Of a DNA stretch of 32,000 nt, positions 18,741 through 27,485 are shown one piece after another. The first letter of the stretch is position 1, and the number at the start of each line of letters is the position of its first letter. Origin of the DNA: Clostridiaceae bacterium (GTDB lineage: Bacteria > Bacillota > Clostridia > Saccharofermentanales > DTU023); the NCBI GenBank assembly GCA_012799825.1, contig JAAZKK010000048.1, positions 34,909 to 66,908 of the forward strand. Direction: 5' to 3'. The translations under genes and the position numbers were made by a program. The notes under the pieces are model-generated. The model was not told where the DNA came from, made no database searches, and was given only the letters and a program-made list of their open reading frames with translations.

Positions 18741-19817
18741 TCACTCTTTGAGCGCCGCCTGATGCTCTGCCAGCTGTAGCGCTTCAATGATCTCATCCAA
18801 ATCTCCCAGAAGAATGCGTTCCAATTTATACAACGTTAGGCCGATTCGATGGTCCGTCACGCGCGATTGCGGGAAGTTATACGTGCGAATACGTTCACTG
18901 CGGTCGCCGGAGCCAATCTGGCTCTTGCGTTCAGAAGCAATGGCGTCTGCTTGTTCCTGCTCCGCCATCGCTTGCAGCTTCGAGCGCAAGTGAGCCATGG
19001 CCTTGTCTTTATTCTTGAATTGAGAACGTTGATCCTGACACGTCACAACGACGCCTGTCGGCAAATGCGTGATCCGTATCGCGGAGCTCGTCTTATTGAC
19101 ATGCTGTCCGCCGGCACCCGATGCGCGGTATGTATCGATTTGAAGATCCTTCGGATCGATCTCATAGTCAACTTCATCTACTTCCGGCAACACGGCCACC
19201 GTGACGGCCGACGTGTGAATGCGTCCGCCCGTTTCCGTGACGGGAACGCGCTGAACACGGTGTGTGCCGCTTTCGTATTTTAAACGGCTGTAGGCGCCCC
19301 TTCCCTCCACGCTGAAAACAATTTCCTTATATCCATTGAGCTCCGTTTCGTTGTAATCAACGATCTCTACGGGCCATCCGCGTGCTTCAGCATAAGCAGC
19401 GTACATACGATAAAGATCGGCCGCAAAGAGCGCCGCCTCGTCACCGCCTGTGCCCGCGCGAATTTCAATGATGACGTTGCGTTCATCATTCGGATCTTTA
19501 GGTTCAAGTTCTGCTCGAATTGATCGTTCAAGCTCTTCCGACATTTGTTCAAGGCGATTGATTTCTTCTCGCAAAAGCGCTGTCAATTCCGCGTCATCAG
19601 ATTCGCGAAAAAGTTCTTCGTTTTCGCGAATTTCCGTCATCACATTACGCCAACTTTTAATGTCGGTAACAAGCGGTGTCAATGCCGCATGCTCCTTTGC
19701 CAACGCGATGTAACGCGTCTGATCTTGCATGATGCTGACATCCGCTAACTGACGCGTCAATTCATCGTAACGCGCTTCACTTGCCGTAAGCTTTGAAGCA
19801 TCATCAATGTCAATCAT
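18741..19817 (-). CDS. prfA: Peptide chain release factor 1
   Basis: GGQ motif ([23 protein letters not shown]) and a PVT-type tripeptide region (RVPVTE). Confidence 0.97.
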   Translation of the reverse strand: MIDIDDASKLTASEARYDELTRQLADVSIMQDQTRYIALAKEHAALTPLVTDIKSWRNVMTEIRENEELFRESDDAELTALLREEINRLEQMSEELERSIRAELEPKDPNDERNVIIEIRAGTGGDEAALFAADLYRMYAAYAEARGWPVEIVDYNETELNGYKEIVFSVEGRGAYSRLKYESGTHRVQRVPVTETGGRIHTSAVTVAVLPEVDEVDYEIDPKDLQIDTYRASGAGGQHVNKTSSAIRITHLPTGVVVTCQDQRSQFKNKDKAMAHLRSKLQAMAEQEQADAIASERKSQIGSGDRSERIRTYNFPQSRVTDHRIGLTLYKLERILLGDLDEIIEALQLAEHQAALKE

Positions 19818-19971
19818 GTGTATTCTCTCCGTGTTTCCGTTATGGTCGTTTCACCATGTCATTATATACCTTGAATGAGTTTACTCTATGGAGCTTGCAA
19901 ACGCACATTCCTCCGCCAAAGATACTTCGCCGCCTTATGCATGCCCGATCCGTTTATACAAGAACCCCACA

Positions 19972-20122
19972 AGATACCTCCATAACCGCGCGGGGCGTTT
20001 CTGCCTTGTTATCATGGATACGCGCGATTCTTAGATACCTCCATAACCGCGCGCGGCGTTTCTGCCTTGTTATCATGGATACGCGCGATTCTTAGATACC
20101 TCCATAACCGCGCGCGGCGCTT
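19972..20122. repeat. 61-bp tandem repeat, 2.5 units, near-identical
   Basis: Units start at 19972, 20033 and 20094. Units 1 and 2 differ at one position (60/61). A degenerate copy lies at ~19919-19971. Confidence 0.92.
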
Positions 20123-20210
20123 ACAGTTTTCAAGAAATAAAAAAGCACAGACTCGCTGACCGTTAAGAAGAAGTCGAATTATTCATCTTTTGATTAGCAG
20201 AAGTTTTTGA

Positions 20211-21173
20211 TCACTCTATATTTTTAAAAAAAACGATGACACGCTCCCAGCCGGCTGCATCGCGTATCCGCTCAATTTCAGACCAGCCTTCCGAAGCAAA
20301 AATCGAAATGATCGAATCGGCTTGCCCCGCGCCGGCCTCCAAAATTAAAACGCCGACGTGTCCTAAATATGATTTCCCTTCTTTTGCCAATCGTCTATAA
20401 AAATGAAGTCCATCAGGCCCCCCGTCAAGCGCAAGATGCGGCTCATGGGAAGATACTTCCGGCATCAAATGCCGAATATCGTCGCTTTTAACATAAGGAG
20501 GATTGGCCGTTATGATATCAAAAATCCTCTTCTCATTAGGCCAGATGTCTGCCTGTTCAATGTGCCACGAATCATCTGTCAACAAACGTTCGGCGTTTTT
20601 CTTTGCCACGTTGAGCGCTTTAGACGAAGTATCTACTAACGTCAAATCAAGCGTCATCTCTTCCTTCTGACAACGAACGCCTAGCGCGATCCCGATGGCA
20701 CCGGAGCCGGTAAACGTATCAAGTACAATTGCAGCACGTTGTTTTGATATGTGCTCTTTCTTACTTGTGTGATTAGGATCATCTCCAATACGTACAGTCG
20801 TTGCGCGGTTTTTGGAAGAATACATTTTTTTTAAATAATGGAATGCTTGTTCGACGAGAAGCTCCGTCTCAGGACGCGGCACCAGCGTATCTTTATTCAC
20901 ATCAAATCGATGGCCGTCAAACCATACATAACCTGCGATCTGCGGAATTGAGATGTGACAAAGACGCATACTGAGCGCTTCATTGAGACGCGTCATTGTC
21001 TCGGCGTCAATATCGGCATCGGGGTGCAGGATCTGTTGCTCGACCGTCATACCCGTCACCGCTTCAATGAGTGCGCGAGCCTCTTTTCCGGGATCATTAA
21101 AACCTGCTACCCGAAGTGTCTCTCGGAAGCGATTTAGAGTAAAATCGATCCTTTTTCGATCACCACAGATCAT
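20211..21173 (-). CDS. prmC: Release-factor glutamine N5-methyltransferase PrmC (HemK)
   Basis: SAM motif LDTFTGSGAIG and catalytic NPPY (IITANPPYV). It is adjacent to prfA. It contains a ~25-aa insertion before the SAM motif. Confidence 0.92.
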   Translation of the reverse strand: MICGDRKRIDFTLNRFRETLRVAGFNDPGKEARALIEAVTGMTVEQQILHPDADIDAETMTRLNEALSMRLCHISIPQIAGYVWFDGHRFDVNKDTLVPRPETELLVEQAFHYLKKMYSSKNRATTVRIGDDPNHTSKKEHISKQRAAIVLDTFTGSGAIGIALGVRCQKEEMTLDLTLVDTSSKALNVAKKNAERLLTDDSWHIEQADIWPNEKRIFDIITANPPYVKSDDIRHLMPEVSSHEPHLALDGGPDGLHFYRRLAKEGKSYLGHVGVLILEAGAGQADSIISIFASEGWSEIERIRDAAGWERVIVFFKNIE

Positions 21174-22371
21174 CCTGCGGATTTTCGGGAATGACCGGAC
21201 TCATCGCGGCAATTGCGACCTCAATCATCTCATCATCAGGTTCAGCCGTCGTAAGACGCTGGAGCGCAAGTCCGGGCTTTACCAGTACACGTGTCAGTGC
21301 ATTGTCACAAGATCCCGTAACGCGCTGCACTTCATAGGCAATACCGGCGACAACAGGAAGAAGCGCTAAACGCAGCAAAACATTAATCCACACGGTGTAG
21401 CGGCCTATCAAGGCAAATACGAGGATTGAAATCAGCATCACAATAAAGATGAAAGACGTACCACATCGCGGATGAAAACGGCTGTTCTTTTTGACGTTCT
21501 CTACGGTTAGCGGCAATCCTGCCTCGTAACAAGCAATGGTTTTGTGCTCGGCTCCGTGGTACATCCAGACGCGCCGAATGTCGCTTGCCTTAGATGTCAG
21601 ATACATATAAAGCAGGAAAATCCCGATGCGCACGACACCTTCGATAAGCGAAAGTATAAAAACACGAGGCCCGCGTTGCTCTCCAAGACCAAAACCGGTC
21701 AGTCTTCGGATCAGATCGGTAACGCCGCTTGGGAGCAAGATAAATAACGCGATGGATAATCCGAGCGAGACCATCAGTGTTAGTGTCAACATCAGATCGG
21801 GATGGCGATTGGCGAACCTGTCGAACCAGCCCTCATTTTCGGACTCTTGCTGTTTTTCCTCTTCCGTCATTGAGACATCGGCAGAATACATCAGCGCTTG
21901 AATACCGGTCTTAAGCTGGGTCACAAGGCGGACGACGCCGCGAAGTAAAGGCACGTTAAAAGTGCTGAAACGTTTGTCGCGATCTTTCACCGTCACCTTG
22001 ATCTCACCGGTCTTGTCACGTACAGCGATCGCCTGTTTCTTCGGACCGAGCATGATGAGTCCTTCAATCAGCGCCTGTCCACCGATAGTCGTTTTCTTGC
22101 TTACGGCCTTCGGGTTAACGGACAGTTGAGAATCAACCTCGGAGTCACAACAAGCCGCATCTTCCCGTTCCAAAGATGCAACATCCGCTTTATCGGATTT
22201 CTGTTCTTCCGTTGCACATGCCGAAGTCGTTACAGCAGAAAAATCCTGTTCGTCCGCTGCGCATCTAGGCAAATCTGTTGTAGTCTGTTCCTGTTTTTCA
22301 GTTGTGCACGACGACAAATGATCGTCGGTCATCGCGTTATTCAGGCATGATGTTTTGAGATCGTGTGTCAT
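21160..22371 (-). CDS. DUF1385 domain membrane protein with ~95-aa non-conserved N-terminal extension
   Basis: The core from TIGGQALIEGLIMLGPK... onward has multiple TM helices and YHGAEHKTI, which is typical of DUF1385. Its position between rpmE and prmC is typical of Clostridia. No SD is visible at 22371, so the start is uncertain. Confidence 0.8.
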   Translation of the reverse strand: MTHDLKTSCLNNAMTDDHLSSCTTEKQEQTTTDLPRCAADEQDFSAVTTSACATEEQKSDKADVASLEREDAACCDSEVDSQLSVNPKAVSKKTTIGGQALIEGLIMLGPKKQAIAVRDKTGEIKVTVKDRDKRFSTFNVPLLRGVVRLVTQLKTGIQALMYSADVSMTEEEKQQESENEGWFDRFANRHPDLMLTLTLMVSLGLSIALFILLPSGVTDLIRRLTGFGLGEQRGPRVFILSLIEGVVRIGIFLLYMYLTSKASDIRRVWMYHGAEHKTIACYEAGLPLTVENVKKNSRFHPRCGTSFIFIVMLISILVFALIGRYTVWINVLLRLALLPVVAGIAYEVQRVTGSCDNALTRVLVKPGLALQRLTTAEPDDEMIEVAIAAMSPVIPENPQDDLW

Positions 22372-22420
22372 TTTATGTATCTTTTGTCATGAATATCATG
22401 AAGAAACGTTTAAAGCATTA

Positions 22421-22449
22421 GAAAAAAAGAGGAGCCGGAACGCTCCTCT
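22421..22449 (-). terminator. Rho-independent terminator after rpmE
   Basis: In minus-strand sense, AGAGGAGC-gttccg-GCTCCTCT is an 8-bp GC-rich stem followed by TTTTTTT. It lies 21 nt downstream of the rpmE stop. Confidence 0.8.
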
Positions 22450-22469
22450 GCCATATCATCGTGCTTCCG

Positions 22470-22676
22470 TTAATCTTGCATCCGCTCCATGCGTCTGCGG
22501 AATTTATCGACTCTGCCGCCTGTGTCGACGAGCTTCTGGCGTCCCGTATAAAACGGATGACATTTCGAGCAAACGTCAACGTTTATCGATGGTTTCGTTG
22601 CGAATGTCTCAAAAGTCTCTCCACAAGCGCAGCGAACGGAACACTTGACAAAATCAGGATGAATGCCTTCTTTCAT
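22470..22676 (-). CDS. rpmE: 50S ribosomal protein L31 (Zn-ribbon type A)
   Basis: MKEGIHPDF...C.C...[13 protein letters not shown] is the canonical L31 with the Cys motif. The ATG at 22676 is preceded by AGAGGTGA. The track start at 22694 is over-extended. Confidence 0.95.
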   Translation of the reverse strand: MKEGIHPDFVKCSVRCACGETFETFATKPSINVDVCSKCHPFYTGRQKLVDTGGRVDKFRRRMERMQD

Positions 22677-22771
22677 TATTTCATCACCTCTCATGGAAAT
22701 CGAGCGAGCAACTCTTTGTCCTCGGGATCGATTCCAGAAATAAGCGCCCTTGTCGGGTCGCTTGCCTGATG

Positions 22772-22801
22772 ATTGTACAACGCATAATCATCACATGTCA
22801 A
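22772..22801 (-). promoter_or_regulatory. SigA-type promoter for rpmE
   Basis: In minus-strand sense there is TTGACA (22801-22796), an 18-nt spacer, then TACAAT (22777-22772). It would give a ~90-nt leader. Confidence 0.55.
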
Positions 22802-22884
22802 GTGAACAAGCCTATAAAGAAAGAGTGCAGAAAGAGAGCATTATTATCACATCTTGTTATCGGCTGAATGATTGCTGAATTCCA

Positions 22885-23136
22885 AAATGAGCTGGACAGT
22901 GAGAAGCTCGGGGCGTCCAGTTTAATCTGGCAAGTTGCCTATTCTGTTTACTTTGACACAACGTTAATTAATCTGACTTAATTGCCAAGGTAAGCTGGAC
23001 AGCAGAGTGAGTTATCAAGAAATGACTGAGAGCAATGTCGGAGATTATGGTGTAGTTAGGATTTGGTTTTCAAAGCAATAGCTGAGAGCAGTGCCGGAGA
23101 TTACAACGTGGTTAGGGCGTAGTTGTTAAAGCGATG
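22885..23136. repeat. Composite direct repeats (103-bp, 46-bp and 56-bp spacings)
   Basis: GCTGGACAG occurs at 22891 and 22994. AATCTG...TTGCC occurs at 22924 and 22970. CTGAGAGCAaTGtCGGAGATTA... occurs at 23026 and 23082 (56-bp unit x2). Confidence 0.8.
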
Positions 23137-23343
23137 ACAGAGTTTAGGCGGTCATCGATCTTTTCTTTATCAAGAAAATGTCATTGTAGAAAGTCATAGG
23201 CAAATGCATGCGGGAATTTGGTCATCATCACAAAGGCACGCGAAAGTCGGATCATGTATAGTTAATTTGAATGAACAAATAATGATAAATGGAGATGTAG
23301 AAACAAAGACATCATACTAAATGGAGATGTAGAAAGGTATTTT

Positions 23344-24006
23344 ATGCCAAAGAAAACGGTGACGTTGTATCTTATTCGCCATGGTTTGACTAAACAAAAT
23401 CTCGCACGACAGTATCAGGGTACGAAATTTAATTATGATATCCATGACAAGAGTCGAGACCTCATATTAGAGCGTCGCGAGCGCGGCGATGTGCCGGAAA
23501 TTAAGACGCTTTGGGTGTCGCCGCTTGTGCGAGCAAAAAGTACCGCGACACTCTATTTCCCAGGGATGATGCAGCACATCGACCCCGATTTGCAGGAACG
23601 AGATTTTGGCTGTTGGGATGGCCACACACACGAAGAGCTTCTAGCCAGACCGGATTATCTTGAATTTCTTGATAAAAATTGTGCGACGACCGAAATCGAG
23701 GGTGGGGAGAGCTGGAATTCTTTTCAGGAGCGCCTAGAGCGCGTTCTTCTCGCCATTGAGGAACTTGCTAAAAATGCGCCGGATCAGTTTCCTTTAGCAC
23801 TGGTATTCCACGGCGGTCCGATATTCTACCTCACGTACCGTCTGTTACCGGAGGAGCATCCTTTTTCTCTTTACTCATGCAAGGGGGCTAGTGGATTAAA
23901 AATGGAACTCATGACAGATCCTCTTCGCGCGGTAGAGGCATCGGAGCTTTTCACGGATAAGCTTGATATAGAGCTTACACCGTTTTATCGTAATTATGAA
24001 AGCTAA
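23344..24006 (+). CDS. Histidine phosphatase family protein (PGM/CobC-like)
   Basis: TLYLIRHGLTKQN (the RHG catalytic motif), SPLVRAKSTA and VFHGGPI. The protein is 220 aa. Confidence 0.85.
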   Translation: MPKKTVTLYLIRHGLTKQNLARQYQGTKFNYDIHDKSRDLILERRERGDVPEIKTLWVSPLVRAKSTATLYFPGMMQHIDPDLQERDFGCWDGHTHEELLARPDYLEFLDKNCATTEIEGGESWNSFQERLERVLLAIEELAKNAPDQFPLALVFHGGPIFYLTYRLLPEEHPFSLYSCKGASGLKMELMTDPLRAVEASELFTDKLDIELTPFYRNYES

Positions 24007-24294
24007 TCGAATCAGCTGTAAGCGGACGGTTAATAGTTCGTTTCATTCTGAGTGCAGGTAGAACTTTTCATTGGCTAAAGTGATCGTTACCCCACTTAAG
24101 CCTGACGAATCGTCCCGTTTTTGCAATTAATGACCCTTAAAGCACGTCGACTCGGGGCGAAGTATGCTTTGGAGTTGTCGCAAGCAAAAAATGACACTTA
24201 TCGTAGTCAGACTCGGGGATTTCTCGAGCATCGGGCTTTGTCTCATTTTCTTCTTTTTCTTTAAAAACCGTTAAAAACCGCCCCGCAAACTGCG

Positions 24295-24323
24295 TTGACA
24301 TCCTCACCGACGTCGGGTATATT
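24295..24323 (+). promoter_or_regulatory. Near-consensus SigA promoter for tRNA-Val
   Basis: TTGACA (24295-24300), a 17-nt spacer, then TATATT (24318-24323). The tRNA 5' end is 10 nt downstream. Confidence 0.7.
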
Positions 24324-24332
24324 GTCTTAGCT

Positions 24333-24409
24333 TGGGTGATTAGCTCAGCTGGTTAGAGTGCCTGCGTGACATGCAGGAGGCCATAGGTTCAAGTCCCATA
24401 TCACCCACC
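24333..24409 (+). tRNA. tRNA-Val (anticodon GAC), CCA encoded
   Basis: Manual cloverleaf. Acceptor GGGTGAT/ATCACCC, D arm GCTC-AGCTGGTTA-GAGT, and anticodon arm CCTGC-gtGACat-GCAGG. The T arm ATAGG-TTCAAGT-CCCAT has one A.C mismatch. Discriminator A plus CCA. Total 77 nt. Confidence 0.88.
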
Positions 24410-24415
24410 ATGCGT

Positions 24416-24450
24416 TAAACCGCCGGCACGTCATTGTTCCGGCGGTTTTT
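24416..24450 (+). terminator. Rho-independent terminator after tRNA-Val
   Basis: AAACCGCCGG-cacgtcattgtt-CCGGCGGTTT is a 10-bp stem followed by TTC/T-rich sequence. Confidence 0.8.
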
Positions 24451-24626
24451 CTATATAGACCTTTTACCTGTTTTTCAATTCTTGTACCAAATTTTGTACC
24501 AATTTTGCTCTAGTGTATGTCGCCCTTATGAACATTGCCTTTCAACGGGTGGAAATCGCGCTCGCAGAAGGCCAGTGTCCTTCGGTGGCAGAGATTTCCA
24601 AACGGATTGACATCAGGCCATTGTTT

Positions 24627-25556
24627 TCAAGTATCCCGTTCGTCAGTGTGGTCAGAAGACAGCACATCGGATGTCATTGCATATTTTCTGGTTTGAAAGT
24701 CCGAATGATCGTCCGGCACATCAGCATAAGAAGGAAATTTTTCATCGGTCGTCGGCACCTGTTCACGAATATAATTGAGCAGCTGATTACGCTTGGTCCT
24801 GTACCAAAAACGATGTGTAATCCTCATCAGAGTAGAATCAAGAGGATAAAAGAAACGCCCTGCGTTAAAATCAATCAACATCGGATAAAGGCTCGTTCTG
24901 CCGTCGAGTTTACCAAGGTAATTTACGGTACCTGCACCCGCAGACGTCACTTCATCACGGTTTGTCATGTCGGTCAATAAAATAACCAGATTACGACGGG
25001 AAGGTTGTGTTTTTTCATTATCAAAAATCAGACGTTCACAGTTTTTTAGCACTTGATCAACGACAATAACATTCAGCATGGGGTGATAGAAAAGAAACAC
25101 GCGGTCAAAGCGTTTGCGTCGAAAAGGTGTCCATCGCGGGCGGATACCAATCGCATCGTAAGGTTCTCGCACGCGCATCGTCCACCCTTGTTCCTCAAAT
25201 GCTTGACGGATATCTTTACGCCATGTCGGCCATGTATTTTGAAGATGAACGAAACGCGATGAAAGACGAAATCGCCTTATTCGGTCAAGGCGGTGCACGC
25301 TCTTAGGATCACCCGGATCAAACCGTTCAAGCCACCCGCTTGAAAAAAGCTGAAAGATAAAAAGGACGCCCATGACCACAAGGATCACAAGTGACACCGT
25401 AAAAAGCGTGCCAACCCATTTGATCGCGCTGATTTCAGGAACCGATTGGGCTTTTCGGTAAAGGATGTAAACACCAACGCTGAACAGCACGAGGAGGATA
25501 AATTGCGATATCATATCGCGAATCCAGGATCTGCCCCTCACTTCTTTTCCTTCCAA
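24627..25556 (-). CDS. Hypothetical protein: two N-terminal TM helices plus ~220-aa basic cytoplasmic domain of unknown family
   Basis: Long ORF with coding-like composition. TM1 is FILLVLFSVGVYILY and TM2 is VGTLFTVSLVILVVMGVLFIF. I recognise no motif. The likely start is GTG 25541 (GGAAGGA SD at 25554-25548) rather than TTG 25556. Confidence 0.6.
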   Translation of the reverse strand: MEGKEVRGRSWIRDMISQFILLVLFSVGVYILYRKAQSVPEISAIKWVGTLFTVSLVILVVMGVLFIFQLFSSGWLERFDPGDPKSVHRLDRIRRFRLSSRFVHLQNTWPTWRKDIRQAFEEQGWTMRVREPYDAIGIRPRWTPFRRKRFDRVFLFYHPMLNVIVVDQVLKNCERLIFDNEKTQPSRRNLVILLTDMTNRDEVTSAGAGTVNYLGKLDGRTSLYPMLIDFNAGRFFYPLDSTLMRITHRFWYRTKRNQLLNYIREQVPTTDEKFPSYADVPDDHSDFQTRKYAMTSDVLSSDHTDERDT

Positions 25557-25634
25557 CTAACATTCCAGATAAAATGAACTTCTCCGAAACGCTATAACGT
25601 CAAGGGGTGTCGAGCACCCCCCTATTGATTACGT

Positions 25635-25760
25635 TATACCTTACTCCGAGCAGAACTGCAACGAAATCGTGGCGTGGTGTGTGGCCGTTGTCGGAGATAT
25701 ACCCTACCTCGAGAAGTACTGCAACGAAACGCCGACGTAGCGATGTACTGCGTTTGCGAC
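25635..25760. repeat. 62-bp direct repeat, 2 units plus a partial unit
   Basis: TATACCTTACTCCGAGCAGAACTGCAACGAAA at 25635 versus TATACCCTACCTCGAGAAGTACTGCAACGAAA at 25697. A partial GTACTGC lies at ~25745. Confidence 0.8.
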
Positions 25761-25770
25761 AAGTTGCCCG

Positions 25771-27198
25771 TCAATCCATAGAGGACTGTAATGTCAACTC
25801 TGCAGATCGCTTACGCAATCCGCGATAATAATCTAAGTGCATTTTATCGCCCGGACGGAACCTGTTTTTTATGTTAGAAAGATCGCGTGTCGTTTTAACT
25901 GTATCGCCATCAGCTGCTACAATGACATCACCTGGTTGGAGACCTGCTCGATCTCCTGCACTACCTTCGTCAACATCTATGATCAAAACACCGGGATAAT
26001 GAAGCTCTTCCTTTTTGGCGACCGTTTCACTCAACGTAGAAACCTGAATGCCAATCATTGGCCATTCATATTTTCCTGTACGTATAATCGACTCTATGAT
26101 GATTTTCGTCTCATCGATTGGGATCGCAAAACTGATGCCTTGAACCTGTTCTTCGGAGCTAGCATTAGAGTAGATTATTTTGAGCTGATTAATCCCGATG
26201 ACTTCGCCATAAGCATTGACAAGCGCGCCTCCGGAGTTACCGGCGTTCAACGCGGCATCGGTCTGTATTAGCGGAATCGGCGATTCAGATAATTCGCGTC
26301 CAAGTGCCGAGACAATGCCGGACGTTACAGTTCCGCGAAGGCGACCTGTCGGGTTGCCCATGGCAATCGCCAACTCTCCAACTACAAGTTTTGAAGACTC
26401 GCCAAGGACGACTGTCGGAAGATCCGGCGCATCCATTTTGACTACGGCGATATCACCATACGGATCAGACCCCACCACATCAGCATCATATTCACGCCCA
26501 TCATCCATATAAATATGCACCGATTTGGCATCGCCGATAACATGGGCATTGGTCACGACATATCCGTCTTCGGAAATAATGAAGCCCGATCCGGCAATCG
26601 GTACTTGGGTATAGCCCATCCAGCCGCGCGTCGTCACTGTCGTATAAATTGCGACAACAGCAGGTTTGACCTTCTCGACGATTTCAGGGATCGTCAGGAG
26701 CGTCTTCCCTTCTTGCGGCAACGGACGCGCGAGGTCAGCAATACTAAATTGGCCGTTTAGGTTGTCATTTCGGTTTACAGATCCTGACGGCAATGTGTCG
26801 CCGCTATTCGGTTCGGTGTTTTTCTCTCCCGGTAGCGTTTCAATCGCTACGCTCGGCTTACTGACTTCCGGTTCCGTGCGCTCAGGCCGACTCAAAAAGG
26901 ACGGCACTTTATCTTTAAAACTAAAAAAGTATACGAGACCGGTAACGACCGAAAATAGAATGGCAACGACGAGCGCTATGATGATGATGCCAATGGCAAG
27001 ATTGCTATTTCTGCCATTTCTCTTGCCGCGACGCCCACGCGGCGGATCGTCACCGGCTCCAAATCCTGCTTGGTCGCCTCCTCCGTCATTATTCTGATAA
27101 TTCTGATATGGCGAATGATAATTAGTATTGTAAGAGCTCTGATTCTGTTGATTCCGTCCGGAATAGTCATCGCTATGAATGTATGGCTGTTGACCCAT
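25771..27198 (-). CDS. htrA: HtrA/DegP-family membrane-anchored serine protease with PDZ domain
   Basis: Catalytic triad contexts VVTNAHVI, DIAVVK and GNSGGALVN. C-terminal PDZ (GLQPGDVIVAADG). One TM helix follows a Q/N/Y/G-rich N-terminal region. The ATG at 27198 is preceded by GGAGGGA, and the track start at 27246 is over-extended. Confidence 0.92.
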   Translation of the reverse strand: MGQQPYIHSDDYSGRNQQNQSSYNTNYHSPYQNYQNNDGGGDQAGFGAGDDPPRGRRGKRNGRNSNLAIGIIIIALVVAILFSVVTGLVYFFSFKDKVPSFLSRPERTEPEVSKPSVAIETLPGEKNTEPNSGDTLPSGSVNRNDNLNGQFSIADLARPLPQEGKTLLTIPEIVEKVKPAVVAIYTTVTTRGWMGYTQVPIAGSGFIISEDGYVVTNAHVIGDAKSVHIYMDDGREYDADVVGSDPYGDIAVVKMDAPDLPTVVLGESSKLVVGELAIAMGNPTGRLRGTVTSGIVSALGRELSESPIPLIQTDAALNAGNSGGALVNAYGEVIGINQLKIIYSNASSEEQVQGISFAIPIDETKIIIESIIRTGKYEWPMIGIQVSTLSETVAKKEELHYPGVLIIDVDEGSAGDRAGLQPGDVIVAADGDTVKTTRDLSNIKNRFRPGDKMHLDYYRGLRKRSAELTLQSSMD

Positions 27199-27485
27199 TC
27201 TGATTCCCTCCGCTATAACTTCACTTTCACTGCAGTGTGCGTACATACCTAAGTGTGTTTATATGCTGCAGTGTGCATACATGTCGATATAAACTAGCGT
27301 TCTACAGAACCTCTTCAAAAACGCGTACTCTTTAAAAAACTCCTTTAATAATCATTAAAGGATTCACTACAAACTATAAGCGTCAAATGTGTTTTTTTTG
27401 TGAACGCAATTTGTACGAGATGCTTAAATTTACAAATAGCAAATAAAACTCATCATTAGTCACACATAATTCAATATAAATAGGC

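Noticed and set aside
19793-20095. 100-aa ORF on the plus strand upstream of prfA
   Set aside because: It begins antisense to the prfA start and reads through the 61-bp tandem repeat. It has no SD.
22355-22769. Plus-strand ORFs 22355..22648 and 22461..22769
   Set aside because: They are antisense to rpmE and cross its rho-independent terminator, so they are spurious.
24513-24980. 155-aa ORF on the plus strand
   Set aside because: It is largely antisense to the longer 309-aa membrane-protein ORF. It has no SD and an Arg/Ile/Cys-rich composition typical of antisense frames.
24333-25556. tRNA-Val as the attachment site of an integrated island
   Set aside because: There is no integrase, no direct repeat of the tRNA 3' end downstream, and no phage or mobile genes. 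The tRNA has its own promoter and terminator and is followed by ordinary-looking genes.
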